This document shows, in pieces, positions 42,768 to 53,082 of a stretch of DNA of 64,000 nt. The position numbers and the translations under genes were made by a program. The stretch is taken from positions 9,981 through 73,980 of the forward strand of contig JAFPVP010000095.1 in assembly GCA_017412925.1 (NCBI GenBank). Reading direction: 5' to 3'. Source of the DNA: Selenomonadaceae bacterium (GTDB lineage: Bacteria > Bacillota > Negativicutes > Selenomonadales > Selenomonadaceae). A model generated the notes under the pieces. It did no database searches and was not told where the DNA came from. It was given only the letters and a program-made list of their open reading frames with translations. Numbering within the stretch: position 1 is the first letter of the stretch; every line of letters starts with the position of its first letter.

Positions 42768-44849
42768 TTAGAAAGAAGTGCCAACGGTGAAATGGAATCT
42801 GCCGCCTTGAGAGCCGCGCCCATAATCCAGACGCATAGGTCCCATTGGCGTATTCATCGCGACGCCGATACCATAGCTGCCTTTTAAGTTTCGCGGACGC
42901 AAGCCCGTATCCCACACGCCGCCAAAGTCCGCGAAGAGTGCGCCTTGAACTTTTTTATACAGCGGGAAACGATATTCAATAGAGCCGAGAATCAATCTGT
43001 CGCCGCGGAATTGGTCATCGCGGTAGCCGCGCAGGGAGCCTTGTCCGCCGAGCCTGAACTGGTTAAATTCCGTCAAGTCGCCGCGCCCGTAGCCGTACAT
43101 GCCGCGAAATGCCCAAACTTGATTGTGGTCGCCGGCAGGACGATAGTGCTGATGTTCAATCGACACCTTTTGGAAATTGAAATCGCCGCCGAAAGTTCCG
43201 ACTTCCAGCGCGAGATTAACTTTGTTGCCCGTTGTCGGTTCGTAGATGTTGTCGCGGGTATCGGTGACGTGTTCTAAGGTAATGGAGCGCGTCAAGCCGA
43301 AATTTTTCTTGCGCCAATCGCTAAAGGCTTCTGTGCTGCGGTCGCCCATGTTGCCGCTTGAAACGTGGCGAACATATCTATCTTTGCGGTTGCGGAAGGT
43401 GATAAAGTTCGTCGAATACTCGCTGACGGGACGGCTAACCGTAATTTCGCCGCCGACATATTTGCGCATGTATTCTTCCTTGAAATGTCCGCGCGTATCG
43501 TAATCGTTGTAAGCGTAGGTGCGGTTGTAAACTTGAAGTCTAACTGCGGTCTCGTGACGATCAATCCACGGGTGGCGGTAAGTAAAGCTGTAGCCGTGAG
43601 CGTCGTTCTCGTCGCCGCTCTTTTCGTACATGATGGCAATCGTATCGCCGACGCCGCGAAAGTTCGTGTCGCTGACGCTGACCATGCCGATTATGCCGTC
43701 GGAAGTGGAATAGCCCGCGCCTATGCCGAAAGTGCCCGTGCGTTTTTCCTTGACGTTGACCTCCATGATGACCGCGTTAGGCTCAACGCCAGGATTCATC
43801 TTTAAGTTGACGTCCTCGAAAAAGCCTAGGTTGTAGACACGCTGCATACTGCGCCGCGCTAACTTTGCATTAAAAGGCGTGCCGACTTCTTGGCGCATTT
43901 CGCGCAGGATAACTTTGTCCTTGGTCTTCTTGTTGCCCTTGACGGCGTAACCTTCCAAAATGCCCTCGTTGATTCTAAGCGTGAGGACGCCTTCCTTGTC
44001 GATATTCATGTCGGTAACTTTCATGAGGATAAAGCCTTCGTTGCGATAATCCTCCTGAATCGCCGAAATGTTGTCGTGCAGGGTGTTGCTGTTGAGAATT
44101 TCGCCCTTCTTAAGCGTGACGATATGGTCAAGTTCTTCCTTGGTGTAGAGCGTGTTGCCCGTGTAGACAATGTCCTTGAGAATCGGATTTTCCAGCACGT
44201 GGAAAGTTATGACGATGCCTTCGGGGATTTCCTCGAAAGTCTGATAAGCCTCATAAAAATAGCCCGTGTTGACAAGAGCGTTTCTGTCGCGAAGAGCCGC
44301 CGCCGCGCTGAAGGTGTCGCCGACGTGTTCTGTCACAGCAACTTTGACGGTGGGCAAGGTCGCTTCGCTCGCGCCCTCGAATTCAATATCGACAATCGTC
44401 TTGCCCTCGAATTGTTTCATGTAGTCAAGGATGACCGTGTCGACTTGCGAACGATAAGGTTCGGGGACGGGCTCGCTTTGCTCCACAGTCGGAGCACCGG
44501 GCGCAGTCGCGTCAGCTTTTGCCGTGTCGCTCTTTGAAGTGTCAACGGGTTTGTCCGCAGGCTGTTCCGTCGGCTTAGTTTCCGCCGGAGTCTCGACAGG
44601 TTGAGCCGGTGCCTCGACGGGTTGAGCGGGAGTCTCGGCAGGTTGAGTGGGAGTTTCGACGGGTTGAGCTTTAAGCTTAGACTGTTCGGGGTCAACGACT
44701 TCCACTTCCTTGTTATCTTCAAATGGTTGATTGACAACAGAGGACTGCGCGGGAGCCGCCTCACTTGTCGCGAATCCGAACATAAACGGCAACGTCATCG
44801 CCGCGATTAACGACGCTCGTCTCCTCCGCAAAAATTTTTTAGCTTTCAA
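42768..44849 (-). CDS. bamA: outer membrane protein assembly factor BamA (Omp85 family)
   Basis: 693 aa. Signal peptide, Pro/Thr/Glu-rich repeat linker, POTRA-like repeats, and a C-terminal beta-barrel ending ...RFHFTVGTSF (terminal Phe). Confidence 0.9.
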   Translation of the reverse strand: MKAKKFLRRRRASLIAAMTLPFMFGFATSEAAPAQSSVVNQPFEDNKEVEVVDPEQSKLKAQPVETPTQPAETPAQPVEAPAQPVETPAETKPTEQPADKPVDTSKSDTAKADATAPGAPTVEQSEPVPEPYRSQVDTVILDYMKQFEGKTIVDIEFEGASEATLPTVKVAVTEHVGDTFSAAAALRDRNALVNTGYFYEAYQTFEEIPEGIVITFHVLENPILKDIVYTGNTLYTKEELDHIVTLKKGEILNSNTLHDNISAIQEDYRNEGFILMKVTDMNIDKEGVLTLRINEGILEGYAVKGNKKTKDKVILREMRQEVGTPFNAKLARRSMQRVYNLGFFEDVNLKMNPGVEPNAVIMEVNVKEKRTGTFGIGAGYSTSDGIIGMVSVSDTNFRGVGDTIAIMYEKSGDENDAHGYSFTYRHPWIDRHETAVRLQVYNRTYAYNDYDTRGHFKEEYMRKYVGGEITVSRPVSEYSTNFITFRNRKDRYVRHVSSGNMGDRSTEAFSDWRKKNFGLTRSITLEHVTDTRDNIYEPTTGNKVNLALEVGTFGGDFNFQKVSIEHQHYRPAGDHNQVWAFRGMYGYGRGDLTEFNQFRLGGQGSLRGYRDDQFRGDRLILGSIEYRFPLYKKVQGALFADFGGVWDTGLRPRNLKGSYGIGVAMNTPMGPMRLDYGRGSQGGRFHFTVGTSF

Positions 44850-44869
44850 AAGTAAATCCTCCTTCTACT

Positions 44870-47800
44870 TCAGAACTTAAATCGTGCTTCTATGCCGAAA
44901 ATATAATCCTTACCTTCGCGATCTATTGTAAGACCTATATTGTCGTTGAAGTCGTATTGAATACCGAAGCGGTGAACTTTGTGGCTGCCGAAGCCGTGCG
45001 TGTAGCGAAACATAAATCTATCGCCGATATATTTTCCGACGGTGAAGTTGTAATCCTTGTCGCGGATATTGGCGTTTTGTTCGCCAGGATTGTGTTGCTC
45101 AAACATGGAGCCCGAACCTCTCGAAACCGTGAATTGATCGATTCCGAGCGTGCGTTTCAAAGCTTCTTCAATTCCGGAAAGAACCGTCATTTGCAAGCCG
45201 ATTGCAATCGCGTCCGCAGAGGTAAAGTTCAGTTCGCCGCCCTTTTGATAAGATTCGCGCAGGGTAAGCAACATGATAATTTCCTCCTGCGTCATTTCGG
45301 GGCTTGAAGTCAGGTTGAATACCATTTTATTTGGCGCGCCTTCCACGCTCAAGAAAATTTTTGTGGAAGCAACTCGCGTGTCGGCGGCAAAATGCACCGT
45401 CGGCATAAAAGTTCCGATTTGGTTGAAGTGCGCCTCGCCTTCACGAATATTAAACACTGATTCCAAATAAGTCAAGGTGCCGCCGCGTTTAACTGTGATT
45501 ATTCCCGCAGTTTTGGGATAATTGAGCGTGCCTTTGAAGTTCGTGCTACCCGTCAAATACATATCGCAGAGCCGTGGACTGTAAAGACGAACTTTGTCGC
45601 CGAGATTTATAGAAACGTCCAGAATAATATTCGGGAGCTCAGAATCGTCGTCGGGAATGTCTGGAATACCTATGCGGCATTTTTCCAAGTTAATTTGTCC
45701 CGATAACTTCGGCAGCTGGTTATGGAAAAAAGTACCCTCGCTGAAATTAAAGTTCGCGTTGAGGAGCCCCTTGTAAAGATCGCTCTTAATATCCAAATTG
45801 TTCGCCGCGAAGTCAAAGTTGTAATCTGTAATTTCAAGGTGTGGGAAACTGAAGCCGCCCGTCAGCGCGAAAGTGCCCGCGCCGATATTCCCCGAAAAAT
45901 TTTCCACGTCGAAACGCTCGCCCTTGAACAGCATGGAAATATTTATGTGCTCAATCAAGCTGTCCATGTCCTTAACTTTAATCGAGCCGTCGTTTAGGGA
46001 AATTGCGCCGTTGATTTGCGGATTGGCGGCGGTGCCCGTGATTTTAACTGCGCCGTCCAAATCGCCGACGCCCCATTTTATCATCTTGCTTAGAACCGGC
46101 AACAAGCTCAAATCCGCGTCGTCGAGTGACACGGTTAAGTTAAGCTGTTCGTCGTCGGGGAGATTTTCTTTACTGCGGGCAGTCAGAGCCTTCAGCGGAA
46201 TGAAACCTTCTGCCGTCGCGCCGTAAATTTTCCCGCCCAATTCGCGCTGAACAATCAATTCTTCGACGTTGACGCGCCAATCTTTTAACAGGAAATGACC
46301 GCGCAGGAGGTCGAAAGTCGAACCTTTAATGCCGCCCTTTGCCGTCCACAGCAGCTCGCCGAAAGGATTATCGACGGTGCCGCTAAGTTTGGCGATCATA
46401 TCCGACGTGCCGACCATTTCAACATCGTAGCCCGCCGCCTTGCTGAACATGCCCAGCGCAATTTCCCTAGCAACCAAAGTCAAATCGAGCGGTCCGCTCA
46501 AATTCGCCGAGCCGAGCAAGCTGAACGTGCCCTGTTCGCCCTGCTTGCCTTCAAGTCTGTTGACGTAGATGATATTGTTCAGGAGCCGCGCGTCTAGGGC
46601 TATGTCGTGAATGTCGTAGCCAGCCAGCGTGCCTTGCGGAATATCGCCCATAACAGAACCTTGCGGTTTTTTAAAAGTGCCGCTCACCAAAATTTTGCTG
46701 TTCAAAGTTCCGTCGAGCAATTCATTTTTCTGCCCGGCGATTATAAACATTCGGGCGATATTTGCGTCCGTCAAGTCGAGTTCGCCGCTGATGTTCTCGC
46801 TGTCTAAGTTCATGGAAAGTTGCATTTGGCAACGAGCCGCGCCGTCGCTGAAATGAAATTCGTCCAAGTAGACGTTCGCGCCGTTGGAAAGGATATGCCC
46901 GTAAATGTCAGTGAGCGCGACGCCGTTTAAAGTAATTTCTTCCGCCTTGAGTTCGCCGTCGAAAATCGGGACGTCGGGCGTGCCCTTGATGATTCCTTCA
47001 AAAGTCGTGTGACCTTCGGCGATATAATTTTCGGGGAGCTTGCCCTTGAAGCGTTCCAGATTAATATCCTTGCCCTCAACGACAAAATCCATTACCTGCG
47101 TATTTTTATTAATCGTGCCATTCAAAACCATGTCGACCATCGGCGAAGTAATTTCAAAGTTCTGCAGACGGAGGATGTCGCCTTCCAAAAAATAATCGCC
47201 CGTCATGCCGCTCAACAGCACGCCGCGATAGGAGCCGCGATTGAATTTGATGTTGCCGGCGACTTGCGGGTTATCTATTGTGCCGGTAATTTTGACGGTG
47301 TTGAAGACGTTGCCGGTTATCGGCTGGTCAGGGGCGACGAGCGCGGCAATATCTTCTGCGCGGACGGCGGTGGTGTCGAGTTGCAGATTAATTTTCCTTT
47401 CGCCCGTCAAGCCGACGTTGCCTTCGATAACCGTCCATCTTATTTTGCCGCCCTTTTCCAGATTAAATTTGTCTATGTTGACGCCGTCGAGACTGCCCGA
47501 AGCCGCCAGCTGAATCGAATCGAAGGGCTGCTTAAAAAATTTCCCGACGAAACGAGAGTTGTCCTCGGAGCGGTCGACGGCGGAAAGTTCTAAAGTCACG
47601 TTGGGATTGTCTGCATCGCCGTGAACAGTCCCCTTGAAATCGGTAAGCCCGCTCATGTCTAGCGCGGCGTTGAAATTTTTTAAAAGGGACATGTCGACGT
47701 GCGCGCCGTAAAAGTTCAGATTAAGATTGGTTATGTCGGTGATTGTGCCCTCAAGACCGAGCGTGCCGTTGCCGGGCAGTTTCGCACTGAGGTAGTCAAT

Positions 47801-49264
47801 CGTCAAGTCGTCGTCAACAAAATAAAAAGAGGCGTCCGCGTCGTTGATGTAGAAGCCCTCCACGTCGAGCCCCGACGCCTTCGCACTGCCGTAAATTTTA
47901 AATTGTTCAAGCTCCGAAACTCTGCCGTTAATGCCGACGTCCGCGAAAAGTCTGCCCGTGACAATTTTGTCAGAGCCGCCGAATTCCGATAAGGACGCCG
48001 CGTCGAGACCGTTCGCCTTGACGTGTGCATTAAAAGCAAAATCGTCCGTCTTAATCTCCGCCGAGCCGGTGACGGAGCCGCCGAAAACATTCGCGCTGGT
48101 ATCGGTCAGGTAAATCATCTCGCCGACGTAGCGGAGCCTTGTGGAAATATTTTGCGCGGAAAGATTTTCATAGCCGAGCCAATCGGAATAAATATCAGCG
48201 TCGACTTGGGGATTGCTCGCGGTGCCGACCAGATGCGCCCGAATGTTCGCCGCGCCCGCAATGCCTATGTCGCTGATAATCGCGGCGGGCGCAAAGCTAT
48301 CAGATTCGCCGTAAATATCAAAAAAAGGCTCGTCGGTGTCCAGGCGCACGGAGCCGCTCGCGGAGGCGTATTGTTCGTTAGCCGCCGCTGAAATGTCCAA
48401 AAAAATTTCGCGTTCGTTGAAAGTCAAATTGCCGTTGATGTTCTCCACGTTGGTCTCCTCAACTTTGACGGCGGCATTTTTAATTTGCGTGGAGCCGAGG
48501 TAAGTCAAAGCGTCGTCCTTGCGCAGGAGGTGGATAGAAAAATTTTCCGCCGCGCCACCGAGAATTTCCAAGCCTTCAGGGATTTTATCGGCGGGCAGAT
48601 ACGGCAGAATTTTATCAAAATTAATCGCGTCGACTTCGGCGTTGACAATCTGTTGATCCAAGCTGACTGTGCCCGAAGCGTTGACGGTCGCGCCCAAAGT
48701 TTTCGCGTTCAAAGTGGCGGGAATGGCGTTCATGTCCGTGCAATCAGCCTCGGCAGAAATTTCTTCCACAGAAATATTTTTCCCGTCGAAGCCGGCATTA
48801 AAAGTTCCGTGCGCCAAAGAAATTTTCGCGCCGAAAGTTGATTCGCCCTCGCTCTCCAACGTGATGTCGTTGACGTTCCAAGAATCGTCGTCGCGCTGTT
48901 TAAGGTTGACGGTCGCGCCGTCCAATTTAATTTCGTCGAGCGCGGCAACAGGGTCTTCCGTCAAGGCGAACAATTTAAAATTAACGTTCGCGGTGTCGAC
49001 GCGGGCAAGCAGTTCGTCGCTCTTGTCGAAAATTTCAATGTCGTGAATTGTTATATCGCTGAGTTTGTCGCGGTCAAAAAAATTTATATCGTTGAAATCA
49101 ACACTGCCGATTTTAACGGGCACGCCCAAAGTTTTGGAGGCAGTTTCTTCCGCCGCCATCAAAGCCCTTTCGATAATCTCCGCCCGCTGTGAATTTATGT
49201 AAAGCCCGCCGCATACTGCAAGAGCAATAAACGCGCCGCCCAGGATTTTTAGAAATTTCCACAC
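44870..49264 (-). CDS. tamB: TamB/AsmA-like translocation and assembly module protein
   Basis: About 1464 aa. N-terminal TM anchor, very long beta-rich body, and a DUF490-like C-terminus ending ...IFGIEARFKF. GTG 49264 preferred (9 nt after GAGGAG); the ORF-track TTG at 49273 abuts the RBS. Confidence 0.85.
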   Translation of the reverse strand: MWKFLKILGGAFIALAVCGGLYINSQRAEIIERALMAAEETASKTLGVPVKIGSVDFNDINFFDRDKLSDITIHDIEIFDKSDELLARVDTANVNFKLFALTEDPVAALDEIKLDGATVNLKQRDDDSWNVNDITLESEGESTFGAKISLAHGTFNAGFDGKNISVEEISAEADCTDMNAIPATLNAKTLGATVNASGTVSLDQQIVNAEVDAINFDKILPYLPADKIPEGLEILGGAAENFSIHLLRKDDALTYLGSTQIKNAAVKVEETNVENINGNLTFNEREIFLDISAAANEQYASASGSVRLDTDEPFFDIYGESDSFAPAAIISDIGIAGAANIRAHLVGTASNPQVDADIYSDWLGYENLSAQNISTRLRYVGEMIYLTDTSANVFGGSVTGSAEIKTDDFAFNAHVKANGLDAASLSEFGGSDKIVTGRLFADVGINGRVSELEQFKIYGSAKASGLDVEGFYINDADASFYFVDDDLTIDYLSAKLPGNGTLGLEGTITDITNLNLNFYGAHVDMSLLKNFNAALDMSGLTDFKGTVHGDADNPNVTLELSAVDRSEDNSRFVGKFFKQPFDSIQLAASGSLDGVNIDKFNLEKGGKIRWTVIEGNVGLTGERKINLQLDTTAVRAEDIAALVAPDQPITGNVFNTVKITGTIDNPQVAGNIKFNRGSYRGVLLSGMTGDYFLEGDILRLQNFEITSPMVDMVLNGTINKNTQVMDFVVEGKDINLERFKGKLPENYIAEGHTTFEGIIKGTPDVPIFDGELKAEEITLNGVALTDIYGHILSNGANVYLDEFHFSDGAARCQMQLSMNLDSENISGELDLTDANIARMFIIAGQKNELLDGTLNSKILVSGTFKKPQGSVMGDIPQGTLAGYDIHDIALDARLLNNIIYVNRLEGKQGEQGTFSLLGSANLSGPLDLTLVAREIALGMFSKAAGYDVEMVGTSDMIAKLSGTVDNPFGELLWTAKGGIKGSTFDLLRGHFLLKDWRVNVEELIVQRELGGKIYGATAEGFIPLKALTARSKENLPDDEQLNLTVSLDDADLSLLPVLSKMIKWGVGDLDGAVKITGTAANPQINGAISLNDGSIKVKDMDSLIEHINISMLFKGERFDVENFSGNIGAGTFALTGGFSFPHLEITDYNFDFAANNLDIKSDLYKGLLNANFNFSEGTFFHNQLPKLSGQINLEKCRIGIPDIPDDDSELPNIILDVSINLGDKVRLYSPRLCDMYLTGSTNFKGTLNYPKTAGIITVKRGGTLTYLESVFNIREGEAHFNQIGTFMPTVHFAADTRVASTKIFLSVEGAPNKMVFNLTSSPEMTQEEIIMLLTLRESYQKGGELNFTSADAIAIGLQMTVLSGIEEALKRTLGIDQFTVSRGSGSMFEQHNPGEQNANIRDKDYNFTVGKYIGDRFMFRYTHGFGSHKVHRFGIQYDFNDNIGLTIDREGKDYIFGIEARFKF

Positions 49265-49288
49265 GGCAGGCAACTCCTCTCAAAAAAT

Positions 49289-50803
49289 TTATTTAAAAGC
49301 ACCGTCCTTAGTCGTATCCTTTTCAACGTTTTCGGAAGGCAACGGCGACGGATTTTCAAAGTCAATCATCACGACGGGCGCGACTTCCTTGACTTCGGGG
49401 ACAGCAGCGGCTTCACTTGTCAAAGCGGCGTCTTCGCGGGACTGCGCGGCGGTCTTGCCTTCTTGCTCGGATTCGATATAGCGCACAACGTCAATTTCGA
49501 CGGGCACGCCCATATATCTATCGAGCGAGGCTTTGGCGGTGTTGTAGTTGTAAAGCGCGGTGAAATAATTCGAGCGAGCCTCCGTCAATTTGCGGGAAGC
49601 GTCCATGACGTCGAGGTTCGTGCCGACGCCCGCCGCATAACGAACTTGCGCGATTTTGTAGTTCTCTTCGCCGAGGACGACCGCCGCTTGAGTGGTGCCG
49701 ATATTTCTTTCGGCGGCGTGCAGGTCAAGGAAAGCGGATTGAACTTCAAGCTGAATTTGTTCGCGGGTTTGAGCGGCGACTTCCTGTGCGCGGGTAAGTT
49801 CGGCGTCCGCCTGATTAACTTGCGCCCGTGTTATTCCGCCGTCAAAAATATCCCACGACGCGCTGAAACCGATTGACCATTGGTCGGTGACTTTTTTGCT
49901 GACGAGATTTTCGTTAGTGTGCCCCTTTGAAATTGAAGCATTGACGCTCGGATACCAGCCCGACTTAGCAGATTTTTTTGCGGATTCGGCGCGCTTGACG
50001 GCATAATCAGCCATCGCGGCATCTGCGCGGTTTTCGAGCGCGTAAGCCGTGCAATCACCCAATTTCAAATCGTATCGCCTGTAAGTGAGCGTGTCTTGCG
50101 GACGAATCACGGTATCTGCGGGCAAGCCGATAAAATTATTCAAATTGGCAACGGCAACGTCGTAGCGGTTCTGAATGTTTACAAGGTTTTGCATGGCGTT
50201 GGCAAGTTCAACCTGCGACTCCAACACGTCGACTTTGGCGACCGTGCCGACGCGGAACTGAGCATTAACGTTGCGCAAATGCTCCTGCAATGTCAAAACT
50301 TCTTCCTCGTAAACCGCGATTAAATTTCTATACTGCAGAACGTCAAAGTAATAAACCGTCGATTGCAAGCGAACCTCCTGCATTGTATTTTCCAGCGACA
50401 AATCCGCCGAGCTCAAGGCGTAACGAGCAGCTTTGCGTCCTTCTCTAAGACGCCCGCCTTGATAAATCGGCATGGAAATTGTACCGCTGTTCGTAAAGGC
50501 GCGATGATAAGAATAATCTCTATATTGATCTCCGCCGAATTTTTGTCCGCTCATGTCCCACGTGACTTTCGGATTGGTCTGACGGCGCGCTTCACTCAAG
50601 CCCCAGAAAGCTCCTTCGCGTTCGGCAACCGACTCTTTAATCGTGCGGTTGTTTTCATAGGCGCGTTGGATTGTCTCGTCGAGTGTGATATTAATAGCAT
50701 CAGCGGCATCAACCGCTCCAAAAGAAAAAGTTATCACGCCCGCCGCGATTAATGCCGCCAGCCTTCTGCGAAAATTTTTCCGTATACGCTTGCAAATTTT
50801 CAT
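49289..50803 (-). CDS. tolC: TolC-family outer membrane channel protein
   Basis: 504 aa. Signal peptide, then two OEP-type repeats with long coiled-coil heptads (LDETIQRAYENNRTIK...; ...LEVQSAFLDLHAAERNI...). Confidence 0.85.
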   Translation of the reverse strand: MKICKRIRKNFRRRLAALIAAGVITFSFGAVDAADAINITLDETIQRAYENNRTIKESVAEREGAFWGLSEARRQTNPKVTWDMSGQKFGGDQYRDYSYHRAFTNSGTISMPIYQGGRLREGRKAARYALSSADLSLENTMQEVRLQSTVYYFDVLQYRNLIAVYEEEVLTLQEHLRNVNAQFRVGTVAKVDVLESQVELANAMQNLVNIQNRYDVAVANLNNFIGLPADTVIRPQDTLTYRRYDLKLGDCTAYALENRADAAMADYAVKRAESAKKSAKSGWYPSVNASISKGHTNENLVSKKVTDQWSIGFSASWDIFDGGITRAQVNQADAELTRAQEVAAQTREQIQLEVQSAFLDLHAAERNIGTTQAAVVLGEENYKIAQVRYAAGVGTNLDVMDASRKLTEARSNYFTALYNYNTAKASLDRYMGVPVEIDVVRYIESEQEGKTAAQSREDAALTSEAAAVPEVKEVAPVVMIDFENPSPLPSENVEKDTTKDGAFK

Positions 50804-50804
50804 A

Positions 50805-51776
50805 TCAATCTCTCCCTATTTTCTCTTTAAGCGGCGTGCCTTCGCGCAGATTGGTCAAGCCTTCGACAACAACCGAATCGCCCGCCTTCAAGCCGTCATT
50901 TACGATAAAATTATTTCCCAACTTGCCGCCGAGCGAAATTTTTTTCAAAGCGGCTTTTTTATCTGAATCGACGAAGACAAAATTTTCTCCGTCGCGTTGT
51001 TGAACAGCCCTTTCGGGCACGAGCAGGACATTTGAAATTTTCACGTCGCCAAGCTCAATCTGAACCGTGTTGCCCAAAAGTAAAAGTTCGTCGGGGTTGT
51101 CGAAGATTGCCTCGGCTGTCGTCGCGTCGGGGAAATTAAGCCTGCCCGGTCGGTTGTAAGCCATGCCGTCGATAAACTTCAAGGAAACTTTCGGCGAGCT
51201 TTCCGTCAAAAATTTTTTCTCCTCCGGCGAAATTTCAAAGCGGACGACAGCGGGATTTTTATTGCCGAGCGTCGCGAGAATCGTTTCATTTGCCTTTACC
51301 TCCGCGTTGAGTCGGGCGTTGTTTATTCCGAGTTGCCCTGCCACTGGCGCGTAAATCATTCCCGTCGCCGATTTCTCCTCCAAAATTTTTACGCGCTCTT
51401 GATGTTCGGCGATTTCGGCTTGCAGTTCGTCGACGGGATTTTTCTGCGCGAGTTCCTTAGCCAAATTTGTCATTGCTTCGGCGAGTGCCGCCTTTGTCTG
51501 CAGGAGTTCGGTTTCCTCTTCAAAGCTGCCAATTTTAAAAAGAGGTTGCCTTTCCGTCACGTCGTCGCCGTCCTTAAAATATTTTTCTATGACACTGCCT
51601 GACACCGGCGAAAAAATTTTTTTCTCGCTGCTCAAAGAAATTTTCCCTTCGTGCGTTAAAGTCAAAGCCGTATCCGCCAATAAAATTTTTTCCGTGGTGA
51701 CTTCGACGGTCGACTCATTTGAACAGCCCGCAAAAAAAATTATTGCCACGCTTATTAATGCCAAAAATTTTTTCAT
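50805..51776 (-). CDS. periplasmic adaptor (membrane fusion protein, HlyD/RND-MFP family) lipoprotein
   Basis: 323 aa. Lipobox IIFFAGC, biotinyl-lipoyl-like hairpin (SPVSGSVIEKYFKDGDDVTERQPLFKI), coiled-coil, and beta-barrel domain (APVAGQL...). Confidence 0.8.
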   Translation of the reverse strand: MKKFLALISVAIIFFAGCSNESTVEVTTEKILLADTALTLTHEGKISLSSEKKIFSPVSGSVIEKYFKDGDDVTERQPLFKIGSFEEETELLQTKAALAEAMTNLAKELAQKNPVDELQAEIAEHQERVKILEEKSATGMIYAPVAGQLGINNARLNAEVKANETILATLGNKNPAVVRFEISPEEKKFLTESSPKVSLKFIDGMAYNRPGRLNFPDATTAEAIFDNPDELLLLGNTVQIELGDVKISNVLLVPERAVQQRDGENFVFVDSDKKAALKKISLGGKLGNNFIVNDGLKAGDSVVVEGLTNLREGTPLKEKIGRD

Positions 51777-51777
51777 C

Positions 51778-53082
51778 CTAAAACTCCTGCTTCAGCCCGA
51801 AATAAAAGGCTCGGTCTTTCTTTTTGTTGACGTTGTGGAGTTCGCCGAGAATGTAAGTTGATTCAGCGACGCGAAATTGAGATTTCAAACGAACTCTGCC
51901 GTGGTTAAGGTCGTAGGCTTCGGCGGAGAATTTAAAGTTGTCGCCAGCGTAAGCGTCCAGCCCGATACCTGGTTTGCCCGCGATAACTCCGGCTCGCGCC
52001 CCGAAATCTGTCCCGAATTTTTTTCCGCCCTGCAAATTTAATTTCGTGTGGTTGCCTATATCCTCCGCGCCGAGTATCAAAGATTTATCGTCGCTCGTCA
52101 CGTCCAGATTAAAATTCGTTTTCCAGTTGTGCGCTTTGCCGCTGTATAATATATCAACCGAAGGCGTCACGTCAATCTTAGAAATTTTATCGGCGGTGCC
52201 CTCCACCTTGCCCAACAACTTATCGGCTCGTTCGGTTATGCTGCGGGCATTGCTCACCGTCGCTTTCAAGTCTTCGGCAACTTTCGGGTCGCCGGCGAAT
52301 TTGTTCATGTTGTCCGCCATGTTCGCCACGGAGCTTGAAGTTTTAGCAATGTTATCCAACGTAAATTTTAGTTCTTCGACGGTCTTAGGGTCGCCAGCGA
52401 ATTTATCTAAGTTTGCCGTCATGTGCTCGACGTTCGCCATAGCATTATTCATGCCGGTAATCGCGCTGTTCATCTGCGCAATCATGTCGTTGAAAATGTC
52501 TTCGTTCTGAACCGCGATTCTCTCAAAAGTTCCGGTCATGTTGTTCACATTTTCTGAAGCCTCTTCCATGTTTCTGCTCATCTCGACGACAGATTTTTTA
52601 AAAGTTTCGTCGCCGATTATCGCGTGCACGTCGTTTAAAAGAAGTTCGACCTTGTCCATAACTTTTGTCAGTCCGTCGAACATTTGCGCCATGCCTGCTT
52701 CGTCCACGCCGTAAAGATAATCGCCGTTCTGAAGATATTCGCCGTTGTCGACCTTAGGTTGAAAGTTTATAAATTTTTCGCCCATGACGCCGCTTGAGGT
52801 TATCATAACTTTGGATTGCTTAGGAATTTTCGCATCTTCGTTAATCGCCATCGTGACAGTAACGCCCGTGCCTTCAGTCGTGATTTGCGTGACCTTGCCG
52901 ACTAAAACGCCGCTCAAGCGAACGTCCGATTGTTGCTGAAGTCCGACGACCTGTTTAAAGCCCGCGTACAAAGTATAATCATCACTTCCGCCTATATGAA
53001 AATCTCCAAGACCCGCCGCCGCGCCGCCTAGCAACATTAGCCCACCGACCGTAAAAGCTCCGACCTTTGCTTCAACTGACAT
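51778..53082 (-). CDS. mlaD: long MlaD/MCE-domain protein with coiled-coil and C-terminal beta-barrel-like extension
   Basis: N-terminal TM plus MCE domain (YTLYAGFKQVVGLQQQSDVRLSGVLVGKVTQI). Helical repeats (KFAGDPKTVEELKFTLDNI / KFAGDPKVAEDLKATVSNA). The C-terminal ~130 aa has alternating beta-strand patterns and ends ...AFYFGLKQEF. ATG 53082 after GGGGAGG. Confidence 0.8.
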   Translation of the reverse strand: MSVEAKVGAFTVGGLMLLGGAAAGLGDFHIGGSDDYTLYAGFKQVVGLQQQSDVRLSGVLVGKVTQITTEGTGVTVTMAINEDAKIPKQSKVMITSSGVMGEKFINFQPKVDNGEYLQNGDYLYGVDEAGMAQMFDGLTKVMDKVELLLNDVHAIIGDETFKKSVVEMSRNMEEASENVNNMTGTFERIAVQNEDIFNDMIAQMNSAITGMNNAMANVEHMTANLDKFAGDPKTVEELKFTLDNIAKTSSSVANMADNMNKFAGDPKVAEDLKATVSNARSITERADKLLGKVEGTADKISKIDVTPSVDILYSGKAHNWKTNFNLDVTSDDKSLILGAEDIGNHTKLNLQGGKKFGTDFGARAGVIAGKPGIGLDAYAGDNFKFSAEAYDLNHGRVRLKSQFRVAESTYILGELHNVNKKKDRAFYFGLKQEF

